A stretch of 63,714 nt of DNA, filler included, from Hyphochytrium catenoides (Eukaryota > Protista > Hyphochytriomycota): the NCBI GenBank assembly GCA_900088475.1. It is 6 parts of 6 records of this genome, joined end to end, with 100 filler letters (N's around TTAATTAATTAA, not from the genome) between each part and the next. Parts side by side here need not be neighbours in the genome. Positions count along the whole stretch, not along the records: positions 1 to 30,633 come from FLMG01003541.1; 5 more parts are not named here. One strand, written 5' to 3'. The notes under the pieces are model-generated. The model did not search any database. It had not been told where the DNA came from and saw nothing but the letters and a program-made list of their open reading frames with translations. Each line of letters opens with the position of its first letter. The first letter of the stretch is position 1. Shown here in pieces: positions 1 through 10,499 of the stretch. The translations under genes and the position numbers were made by a program.

Positions 1-598
1 GTCTGTGCAGTACACAACCTTACCTAGGACACTCAGCAGCTGTTTGAAAAGAGCGCATTTATTACAGTACCAGTAGTACATGTAGTCGTCCGTATCAATG
101 TATTAATGATTGGAATTGATATATTCCTAATAACGATCAGAACCACCTGCTGAAGAAAGACACATTATCATGCCTCTCCAGTCTTCCCAAGTCCTCCTCC
201 TCCTCTTGGCTCTTTGTCCGTTCTTCTTCTTGAGTCAGCGCTTATTGCCGGAGACGCAGCAGAGGAACAAGTCATGGAAGGAGTGAGAGAAGCAGCGGCT
301 AATGTCACAGAAGTGGTGGAAGCTGTTGAGAAGAGGGACGCAGGATTAGTGGCGGTTGGCTGGTAGGAGGCGTGTATTACATTAGCAGGATCTGCTAGAT
401 ACCTTAGGTCCTAGGAATGCCGTGGGATAAGCTAGCGAACCATCATCAGAAATAAATACTTGGGTCCTCGTAATAAATAGAACGATAGGAACAGGACACG
501 GCAGAGGAGAGAACCGCCCCTCATGGAGGAAGAGAAGTGAAGAGAGGAGAGAGATAAGACGAAAAAGTTAGCTATGGGCTTTCCAGAACGGCCAGGGA

Positions 599-2080
599 TC
601 ATACAGAGGCCGGAGGAAGACCTGACTGTCCAATCTGCCTTGCGGTGGTCATCTCATGGTAGTCATGACTAGAGAAAATGCTCCCTCCCGTCCTTCGCTC
701 TTCGCTAACAGTGATGCTCTCTCCATACTCAACTAAGGTCTCTCCATCACCTTTCCACTCAGCCGCTTCAAGCCCCGCCGTATTGCCCTGATCTGACAAT
801 GAGCCTGACCCACCGTCTCTATGGCGCCAGTCACCTCCCAGCCCGTCCTCAAGCCGCTCAGTGCCCATGAGCTGGTACTGACTCAGGGCGCTATGGTAGT
901 AGTTGGGACTTGGACTGTCAAGGGGTGGACTCCTGGCTCCCTCTTCTATTCCCGAAAGTTGCTTCCTCTCGCTTTTGCTCTCGTCAACCCCGCTCTCTAT
1001 TGGTGCCTTACGCGCAGAACTATAGAGATCTTCGTCTGTCCTTGCCGAGGCTGATAAGTCTAGATTCTTGGGTCTCCTGACCCCGACGTACATGTACTCT
1101 AGACCTGGAAAGCTGGAGATGGGATGCTCAACGATGTCAGCGAGATAGAGTACAGAGTATCGTGGCCTATTGGCTCCAGTCTGCACGCCCAGGACGTTGG
1201 ACTCGATAAACCTTCGCACAAAGTCATCATGCTGGAACTGGCTCCCACTAAAGACAAAGTAGCACCAAAAAGAGAGGAGGAAGCACTCCGAGACCAGAAC
1301 CATATTGAAGGTGATTATGTCAGAGTTGGCCGGATCGGTACCTCGTATCACATGCAGTAGAGCGAGCTGGAACGAGGGCAAGACGCAGAGAATGGTCGTA
1401 GCGATGAGCTTTTCTCCAATGCCAAAGTTGGGCAACAGGCTACTCTTCAAGAAGCCATGGAGTCGAGCCAAGCCAAAGATCATGATAAGGCCAGAGAAAG
1501 AGACAAGAGAAAGAGAGGCGGCCGTTGCAGCCATCAAAATGTCTGAATTTCTGGGGTCATAGACTTCAATGGCAGCTAGAGTGATACGAGAGATTGGCAT
1601 AAGAAGCACCCATTGAAGCACCGCAGCTCGCCCTAAAAGATATTCCGTTTCTGGGCTCAGTGGCTTGAAGCGAGAGAGGAGAGGTATCTTCCTTCTCCTT
1701 TGGTCGTTAGCTTGGCCCTGCTCTTCTCGTACTCTGGCCGTGTCTCTGATCGTCAATATCGCCTTGTCAGTTCCTCCGCAGTGTAGAATCAGCATGTACC
1801 AAATGCTATACATTCCATAGGCAAAGGCTAGGGAGGTAAGGACGATCTCCGCTACGTGAGAGTAAGAGTAGTGAGGATTCAGGGTGATAGTGACAAGCGG
1901 GCCTAGCCCGAAGATAAGCAGAACAGCGGAGAGTCGAATGTATGTGTTCTGGACAACCGGCGCTTGATAATTCAGAAAATGCGACTTGATCACCAGCAGA
2001 AGGATGAGGAAGGGGAGAAGCATCATTCCCCATGCTGATAGCACTAAGATAATGTTCACCGCAAGATGAACGTCTGCCAT
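599..2080 (-). CDS. Organic solute transporter alpha / TMEM184-like multi-pass membrane protein
   Basis: Intact 493-aa single ORF with about 7 hydrophobic segments, motifs VLQWVLLMP and EKLIATTILCVLPSFQ resembling Solute_trans_a, and a disordered acidic C-tail. Confidence 0.7.
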   Translation of the reverse strand: MADVHLAVNIILVLSAWGMMLLPFLILLLVIKSHFLNYQAPVVQNTYIRLSAVLLIFGLGPLVTITLNPHYSYSHVAEIVLTSLAFAYGMYSIWYMLILHCGGTDKAILTIRDTARVREEQGQANDQRRRKIPLLSRFKPLSPETEYLLGRAAVLQWVLLMPISRITLAAIEVYDPRNSDILMAATAASLSLVSFSGLIMIFGLARLHGFLKSSLLPNFGIGEKLIATTILCVLPSFQLALLHVIRGTDPANSDIITFNMVLVSECFLLSFWCYFVFSGSQFQHDDFVRRFIESNVLGVQTGANRPRYSVLYLADIVEHPISSFPGLEYMYVGVRRPKNLDLSASARTDEDLYSSARKAPIESGVDESKSERKQLSGIEEGARSPPLDSPSPNYYHSALSQYQLMGTERLEDGLGGDWRHRDGGSGSLSDQGNTAGLEAAEWKGDGETLVEYGESITVSEERRTGGSIFSSHDYHEMTTARQIGQSGLPPASV

Positions 2081-3412
2081 CCTCGTATCTGAGGAGCAAC
2101 AAGCTCGCTTGTCAGGAAAGAGAAAGAGTACCTCCCCCTTAAACAGTCAAGTGCCAACACGAGTAAGGAGAACTGGATGGCACCACAGAGCGAAGGTCTT
2201 ATTACGTAAGACAAGACGCAGCACCAACAAGTGATTGAAGATTGACGTCGCGGATTCCCCAGGACAAAAGCTAGCGATAGGGACAAAGGGGTTCTGAAGC
2301 GGCCGTAGAGCTCTTCGGCCTAGAACCTGGCCGCACCGCTCTAGCTAGCCAACCCCCACGAATCCCCAGAAAAGCTCCTTTCCCTCAAGCAAGCTGCTGC
2401 TGCTGGCTACACCTCACAGATGTCCTGACTTCGATGTGCTGAGATGGGCTGCAACTGTCGCGCTGGACTGTGTGTCGACCGGGCAGCTGCCTCGACACTC
2501 TCTCGGAACTATGGCGCTTGCACTCCTTTGCACGCGGGAAAGGAAGGTCTGCGGTGTGCCTGCCACCTCCTGGCCCAGGGACCCGGCTGAACTCTGTCAA
2601 TTCACCCACCTTCTCTCTGGCCGCTCTGTCTGGCTTTCTGTAACTCATTATCCACCTTATTTCTTGTATCTATTACAGTGATCTGTCTCATTGCTCGCGG
2701 TGTTTTTCTTAGTGCCCGTCTCTGCACTGATTGTGAGAAGCAACAGAAAGACTTGTGTACAAGGGACACAATTTTGTCACATATTACCAAGGGCATCGAC
2801 CTCACACAAGGGGATAGTTGACCCCCTTAGCAGAGTACCTACACTACTCGACAAGGTGACCTGACTAAGTCGCATTCATCCTTGGAAACCTCTCCATAAA
2901 ACATTAGAAAGGCCTAGATATTACCATGTTTATTATATTATTAGGTCCAAGAAATGAGTCTTCGTCAGAGAATGTCGCTCCAAAGCGGCACAAGAAATCG
3001 AAGCTTTTCTACTCGTACAATTTTGAAGCCCGACGATGCGCTCACACCTGCTGCTGCCTCCTCCTCGCTCGAGCTCGTGGCTGGCCCCACGCCCATCAGT
3101 AGGAAAGAAAGTGCTTAGGACAGGTCATAGCCAGCGCGTGGCTGGAGTATGAGAGGCTGAAGGCCTGCAGAAAGCAGAGGAGACAAGCAGCAAAGCTTGG
3201 TTGTATGGAAAAGGAGAGATTGACTGCAATGATGTATCCCTTTTGCCTCTGCTGCCCGGCGGAACCATCTGCCTCTATTTCCCATAGAGAAGACAGACTA
3301 CTTTGCGACCGCAGTTCCGCTAGCAGCCGCGGTGCCGCAGTCAAGATGAGAAGCTGACGGTCTTTGCTTCCTGAAATGCGAGCGGAGGGTGGCTGTACAG
3401 CCATCCTCGGGC

Positions 3413-5329
3413 TAACCTTCATGAGTAGGACCACTTTCAACGGGAGAAGAAACCGAGCTCTTGTTGGCACTCGTCCTAGGCCTAAAGGAGGCTTATCCTC
3501 CAGGAGACGCGCTACCTCTGGTCTAGCCACTTGAAGTAGCGACACTGCTTTGTTTCTCTGCGCTCGTTCTTGATGGCAGGCTTGTCTCTGCTAGAGGTTG
3601 CCGCCAACTCGTCTTCATCATTCTCTCCTCCCTCGTCAAAGACCACATTCCCTGCGCAGAAGTAAAAATACCTTCCAGCATTCTCCCCAGAGACCTTGTT
3701 AGCCACCCGCAATGTGCTCGGACAGCCACAGTAACAGTTAGGAGTCTTGTTCGGAGCGTATTCAGGCCGATAGTAGCGGAAGGTAAGGTTGATACGCCTG
3801 GTGCCAGCTATAGGATGAGACTCCACTTGACTAACTGGCACCGAGGGCACAGAATGTCGGAACTTTTCTTGCATCGGTGGGCGCATCACTAGCAAGCTGT
3901 TGTGAGGCAGTGGCACCTCATAGATAATCTCTCCCCGCACTCCCTGGTCCTCATTTTCCAGGCTATTCTTAGGTACCACAGCCCGGATGCGGAAGGCTCT
4001 ACGCGCTCCTAGTGTTAAAGACGCTATAGTTGGCATAGGTCCTATGTAGGTTAACCTGTCGGAGTGCCAGTCCACGCTTTCCTGATTGTTATCATAGTGA
4101 TTTGCTATCGCCACGTTCGGCAGCCATTTGCCTTGCACTTCCAGGGAATGTCTACAGCATCATGTAGGGAAACGAAGAGGACGACAGTTAAACAATCAAA
4201 AGTCGCAGAAGGCAATAGCAGAGCGACCCCACAATCTGAGACTCAATGCCATGATCTAAGGTATGTGGACCGAGGATTAAGGGAAAAAGCTTTGTCCATA
4301 GATATCTTTCCAACATTGGGGATGAAGTGAGATCATACTACTAAAGGGTTTTGCTGTCCGAGCCGGATAATAGGGCAAGCAGGTACCGTTGAGGAGGGGA
4401 GAGATGGGCTATAAGTGGACAGAGAAGCCTCATTACCTCTCTCTCTTATCCATGGCCTCATTCACCTTCGCTATGATCAGCTGGCGGGCCTCTTCCAGAA
4501 GGCGGGGTGCGGACCTCCTAGTCTTGATGTTCTCATATTTATAATAAGCTTCCTGTTCTCCGCCTTGCACCTGAGCGCCTGGGACCGTACCCTCACTCCC
4601 CATCCCGCTTCCTTCCTCTGTGAACTGATAGAGAGACCAAGACCTTCTTCCTATCACCCTTCTCTCGTTGATAACATAGTCTGGCTTTTCCCAGGCAAGG
4701 CTCTCTCTCATGAGCTCTCGGAGGAGTTCATCCGCAAGCGATGACGGTAGAAAGCTCTGGACAAAGTCGCATGGAAGGACGGAAGAAACGTCCTCAAGCG
4801 AGAGGACGACAATCTGACTCTTTCCCCTTCGTCTCTTCCTGCCTCTCAACTCAGACTCCTTCGTCCAGCGAAGAACATCAAACGCGTTCTTTTCGTTGTT
4901 CTGTCTTGTCTCCAGATACCGGGAAGCATTTGATCCCTCAGTCGCCGCAAAGTGACCAACAGGCGAGTCCTGCTTCCCTCCTCCTTGCACATTATAGGGC
5001 GGGGATGGAGTAGGTGAAGCAGAAGTAGCACCCGATGACAGAGGAGGCGCAAAAGCTGCTGTTATCTTGGGTTGACGTGGACTCCGACTTTGTCTGTTGG
5101 TTGTTGGCGTATCCTGACCTGCACCTTTACGAGCCTTATGTCCTTCACGTGTCAGGAGAAGCGTAATGCATCTGTCTAGGTCCCCATCTTCCTTTCGCAA
5201 GCTCTCAATCAGGTGGTCGAAGGGAAAGCGGTCCTCAAAAATGTCAAGAAGGGAGGCAAGCTTCTGATCAAACGATATCACCTCTCCCCCTCTAGTTTTC
5301 TTGCCCGCGTTCGGAAGGTCAGCTGTCAT
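3413..5329 (-). CDS. AlkB-family 2OG-Fe(II) dioxygenase with N-terminal CUE-like domain and C-terminal GRF zinc finger (spliced)
   Basis: ORFs 4433-5359 and 3512-4138 join via GT-AG intron(s). Motifs: WHSD...RHSV...RINLTFR (HxD..H..R), CYCGCP...GENAGRYFYFC...CRYFKW (zf-GRF), KLASLLDIF...LRKEDGDLDRCITLLL (CUE-like). The 3' end is either the stop at 3512 or a short extra exon ending near 3413. Confidence 0.85.
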
Positions 5330-5333
5330 TTTC

Positions 5334-5442
5334 CCCTTGGCGAAGGATCTGGGGACCAAAGGGCTAGATGATAGCGCATAACAGAGCCCTTGGCGAAGGA
5401 TCTGGGGACCAAAGGGCTAGATGATAGCGCATAACAGAGCCC
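5334..5442. repeat. Perfect 53-bp tandem duplication
   Basis: cccttggcgaaggatctgggg...cataacagag occurs at 5334-5386 and 5387-5439. Confidence 0.95.
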
Positions 5443-6750
5443 ACACTTCGGCAGAGAAAGAGTTTCAGATCTACAGATCCACTTCAGACTACCTTTTCGG
5501 CAGCGGTTCTGCTTGAGGCACGACCGAGATGCCACTACTAGCTCCCATCGACATAGCGGCAGCGGGTAGGCAGTACTTCTAGTGTTTGGTGAGGATAATG
5601 GTGCATGATCTCAATGGAGAGCAGAACTATCAGATGCAGCAGATAGACAGAGACGCCTGCTATATGGGAAGACAAGAGAGTCCCACAGAGCTGTAGGACA
5701 CAAGCAGCAGGTTTTACACCGAGAAGATCGCTCCTGCCATGCCCAAGAAGGCATCACTGCTCAGAAGGTAGGAACTAAGAAGAATCAGAAGAGAGGAAGA
5801 AGACAGAAGAAGCGGCGGCGCGAAGGGAAAGTCCACAGCGGTTCGCGCCTTCAGAAGCAGGCCCGCCTACCGGTAACGGCTCTATCGCGTAAGCTTTGCT
5901 GGTGTTTTCATAGAATTTATACGAGCATTTCTTCCTCCTTGTTTTATAGCTTGGAGGCAAGGTCTTCTCATCTTTAGAGGAGATCTCTTAGTATTGAAAG
6001 CCCTCCCTACTGACGCTGCGATGGTGAGGGCAGCCCAGTGTCATGGTTAGGATGTGTTAAGCCCATAGTCATACTCTGATGACGATGAAAAGCTCCTCTC
6101 TCACTTGTGGGACAGAGCTATTGTGAAACTCTGTCCGAGGGGCTGCCTTTCGCGCGTCTATCTCTGGTCTGATCCTTCACGTTCTGCCTCATCGGCGTTG
6201 TATAGGCACAAAGTATCTACATCATTAGCCTTCAGTGTGTCTCGCATGCTCCCGTGAAGCAGGCAGGATCAGCTCTAAGGCAACGACAAATAGTGTCAGG
6301 AATCCCTTTGACACCTCTCGGTGGTGGTCCTTTCTCTGCTAGCTGTGCGTGCAACGTGGAGCCCGTTGAAGGTTTGTCGCAGCCTCAGGTAAGAGGAAAT
6401 TGGACGTGACCTGCGTCCATTCATAGGCACTAGGCACAGATGACATTCTGCTGCTATGTTCAGAGACAGTGTTACGGCCCAACAACGGGGATGCACTTTT
6501 GAGCCAAGGTACCGAGGAGTAACAATAGAAGAATTATTAAAGACAAGATGGAGTGGGAAGGAGGAGAGAAAAGAGGAGCTCAGCGGTCAGCGAGTGCAAC
6601 CAGTTTTGATGCATTGAATCCATTCTAGCACTTGCTATCCTAGCAAATGGCGCCTAACAGAGCAGTCAGCAGAGCGACTCGACAAGCAAGTCAACCCATA
6701 TCGCATAGCGCTGTCAGAGGAGACACAAATATAAACTCCCCATCTTCCCC

Positions 6751-8022
6751 TTACGGATGCGCCTCCGTTCGAATTCGCTTTTCTCGATGATAACTTGAGA
6801 GATCATCAGCACCAATCTCCCCGCCCGCGACTTTCCGCAGTTCTCCCCGAACGTGACTGCTGCCTCGTTCACCTCCTCTCCCAAAGTCGTCAGCAGGGTT
6901 ATTGTTGCTCTCGGTACCATCATGTTTACCGTTCGTAGTCTGTGGCACTGCGCTGCCAATGTCAGCTGTGGGGCTGGGCATCGGCACCACCTTCGAGGAA
7001 CCTGGTCCTTCCACACTTCTTCTGGAGGAATGCCGATTTTCAGGAACTTTGTACTCAGTGCGAAGCTCAGAGAATCTTGGCTCTGGGTTGTTCTCATAGA
7101 GTTCAAGGATCTGTGAGCAAATAGCTACATCCACAGAACCAACAATGGCGGAGAAGAGAGTGAGTTGAAGTGACAGTAAAGCTATAATCACTGTTGCTAG
7201 GGCAGTTCACATGAGAGCATGGTCATAGTAAGAAGTAGATAATGATGAAGTTCAAGAGAAAACCACCAAAGCAAAACTCCAAGACTGTACCAAGGTCTTG
7301 AGCTTACAATTAAGGGCTGTTTCATTGATGTTCAGGTCTCGCCACCAAGGATGGAACTGTCCGGGCGACGGTGACTGCGGGATCTCCTTGTGATAGAGGC
7401 AAGCCAAGTAGACGCACGCACTAGCGATGGGAGGTGCTGGATACTGCAGACATAGATCTGTCTGCATGCTGTCATTCACAAAGTTCCAAGCTGCCTGGGC
7501 TAACTCTTGGTTCTTCTGCTTATCCACTCCTTTGAGAAACTTCGTACGAGCTATTTTGATCATATCCATGAGGTGCTTGTACGGATGCTCAATGCAGAGG
7601 TCAAACGCTATGGTGTGCAACAGTATCCGTTCGCAGATGAGTATCTTCTCCCTCATTTTGTGGAAGGCTTCTCCTTTTGGGTCCAGCGTCGGAGGATCAT
7701 GTTCTTTTCGTCGAAGTATATGCATTGCCTGAATGATGTCTGGCAGCTTCCGCGGCGCCTCTTCTACTTTTCCCGCTAGAAAAATGCATGTGGCAGCGAT
7801 AATGAAGCGGTCGTGCTGTTTAAAGCTCTGTCTGCAGAAGAATCTGTGAAAGAAGACATGGGCGGTAGCTGTGCAAAGCTTGGGAAGCTTCAGCTTGTTA
7901 GCCAATGCTTCTATGAAGAGGCAAGACTTCCTTCGGAGCTGTTTCTCTTCCGCTAACGAGATGCCATCCTTCCGCGATGGAGAGTTATTCAGTTGCTCTC
8001 GACTGAAGTACCATTTCGCCAT
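6751..8022 (-). CDS. Transcriptional cyclin (cyclin T/K family), 2 exons
   Basis: MAKWYFSREQL..SPSRKDGI, ATAHVFFHRFF, FLAGKVEE, FDLCIEHPY, AWNFVNDS. GT-AG intron about 7307-7125 joins to AICSQILELYE. Confidence 0.92.
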
Positions 8023-9792
8023 AGCAACCAAGAACGAGCTCCCACAAAGTTGAGAGAGAAAAGAGAGCGGGACAAGGCAGGTATGTCGCCCAGGATTTGC
8101 TTGAAGCTGGCAAGGCGCTTAGTCTGGGTAGTCCGCGTAATATGCCCAGAGAGAGCGGGTAACCAAAGAGGAGTCACGGTAAGAAAGCTAGTCTTTCATA
8201 GCGTTGGGCCCCCATGGGCGGGGAGAAGAGAAGGAGATGAAGAGATAGAAGCTGAACGACGCTCTGTCATCCTTCGTCATGCCAGACGCTCAAAAAATCT
8301 CTCGTTGTTCCCTCCATCCCACCACTTTCTTTTGATCAAGGCTGTCAAGCACCAGAGAAGATTTTACGAAGGCAAACATAGCACATGGAGCAAGCCTGTT
8401 TCCGCCCTCTGATAAAGATAAGAGTAGAAAAGAGTCGAGATGTTGACAATAGCGAGGCAGAGATATCAGACTTACCAGAGTCTCTCCTGCCAAGGGGCTT
8501 GCTCTGGTCTACAAGGTAGACAAGGAGCATAAATAAATTTAGAAGAAAGTGAAAGAAGTGCGACAAACCATTCACTGGCCAATTATCGAGGATTCAAAAA
8601 GAAGTCCAACTGTCCGGTTATCGGCGTACTGGTCGCCTTTAGTGCTCCAACCGGGAAAGTTGGCTAACTTTCTTCCCTCAGGCAACAAAGGCTGTGATGA
8701 TAGCTTGTGGCTTGGCCCGGCGAGAGAACTCCAGCCAAAGACGAAAGAACCTATTACCTATAAAGTCTGTTTGTTTGCTTTTTCTTGACCGAGACTCTGT
8801 GTTGCAGAGCTCAGTCTATAAATAAAATCTATATATAGAGGCTAGGAAAGGCTTGAAGCACCGCCAGAATGCAGAGAAAGGACGAATATTGCTTGATAAA
8901 TAGAGCGCGAGAGACAGCTCGCTGAAATAATCACTGCTTGTGAAGTCCACAATCAGAAACACGTTAGAACATAGAGATGCAAGTAAGATTGATGCAGAGG
9001 ATAGCTATAGATAAATATGCTCCGTAAGAGGTCGTGAATACCGTTGCCCGGAAACAATACTCAGAGCCTGATCACCAGGAAGGCGTCAGGAGGCAGAATC
9101 CCCGACACCACAGTCTTCTTCCAGAACTTTCCAAGAAAGGGGAACAAAAATAAATAGAAGAAACGTATGTTGCTTGACGCAACCTGCGAGCCTTTGAATA
9201 CCACTAGCAGCCGGATCGCGGGGAGGAAGCTCTACAGTCAGACCGCAAAGCGCCACCAGTCTCTGGAAATTAGTCCGGACTGAAGCTCAATGGACTGCTG
9301 TCTAAACCTCTGCCCGCGACCACGAACATGCCGCAGTGCCTGCCCCAACGGGAGAGGCGGCAGGCGAGCGGCGCTGACTGGACTTCCACTGTGGGGAAGG
9401 TGGACAGAGAGAGGAGGAGGAGAGGATGGGAGGACAGGAGAACAGCCAACGGAACACCCCGTACAAAGGAAGAAAGGGCAATATCGTGGGAGACCGTCAA
9501 AGGACGGTTTGTTGATTGTGGAGCTATGGGCCTTAAGGCTCAGTCCCTCGTCCCGTTCAGGAATCCCTCAAAGAGGTCCGAGTCTAGGGGTTTCCCCAAG
9601 GAATGTACCCTTGTTAGGTCCATTTTAGAAGTAATCGTTTGAAATGTGCCTTCGCATTCGGGTAATTGCTGCTCTTGATTCTAAATGTTATTTCTGGAAA
9701 CTTTGGAAGCTTTCCCACAGCACAGTACCGCTGTAATTGTTCAGTGTGTACGTGCGAGCCCGCGTTGTATCATCGGAGTGGATGAAGAAACT

Positions 9793-9892
9793 CCAATAAA
9801 AATCCAATAAAGGTCTTCGAGACCTGAATGAGATCTGAGATCTGAATCCACGAGATCCGCTTCCATTTCTGCTTCGTACTGCAAGACCCAAT
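9793..9892. promoter_or_regulatory. CCAAT boxes in the divergent cyclin/Med11 promoter region
   Basis: ccaat at about 9793, 9804 and 9888, just upstream of the Med11 ATG in a head-to-head intergenic region. Confidence 0.3.
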
Positions 9893-9969
9893 ATACTCTA
9901 GAAGAGCTCCTTCCGTTGCTACTGTACCTGGGCGCACTCTTGGTCTAGTCACGGTGTTTGGCAGGCGTG

Positions 9970-10353
9970 ATGAGTGTCAATATAAGTGGCAATCGAAAGG
10001 AGGTATTGACCAGGCTGGAGGAGGTCGAAAAGAAGATTGTGGAAGTCCTAGAGACAGCAGCGGATGGAATGGAGCTTCTAGCATCGAGTCAAGATCATGA
10101 ACCAAGTGCTTTTGACCAATTATCGACGACATTCTTTAACGATTTAAAGCATATTCAGAGTTACTTGGCTTCACAGGCTCATCTGTTCTCGCACTACCGC
10201 GAGTACAGTCAGAGCACCTATGGATTGCACAAAGACGCTGAAATAGCTGTTAGCAGGGCTGACGTGGTTCTTAAGCATATGAGAGCTCTACTCCTCGAGA
10301 GCACAACTGAAGGGCAGGATCAGACAGCTCCCGACTCGCCAATGAAAATATAA
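9970..10353 (+). CDS. MED11: Mediator complex subunit 11
   Basis: Small helical protein RLEEVEKKIVEVLETA...F...LKHIQSYLASQ...STYGLHKDAEIAVSR, matching the Med11 pattern. Intronless. Confidence 0.8.
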   Translation: MSVNISGNRKEVLTRLEEVEKKIVEVLETAADGMELLASSQDHEPSAFDQLSTTFFNDLKHIQSYLASQAHLFSHYREYSQSTYGLHKDAEIAVSRADVVLKHMRALLLESTTEGQDQTAPDSPMKI

Positions 10354-10499
10354 GCCGGCCCTTCGCCCTGTGCGCCTGGTACTGACAACAGCACCCGTCC
10401 TCTGCCTACTTCCTCTGGGAACCGTCAGTTTCCTGACTACCAGGCGCTAATCGATCACGGCAAGCCTCAACCAGGTCCTCAATTTTAAACACAACTTGC

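Noticed and set aside
5500-6700. Short ORFs between the AlkB-like gene and the cyclin
   Set aside because: No coherent spliced frame or motif; likely UTR or promoter sequence.
9778-9851. Box C/D snoRNA candidate (gtgg-ATGAAGA...CTGA-atccac)
   Set aside because: Box C is imperfect, the terminal-stem geometry is non-canonical and no rRNA guide is recognisable. The CCAAT-containing promoter explanation is simpler; an Infernal/snoscan run would settle it.
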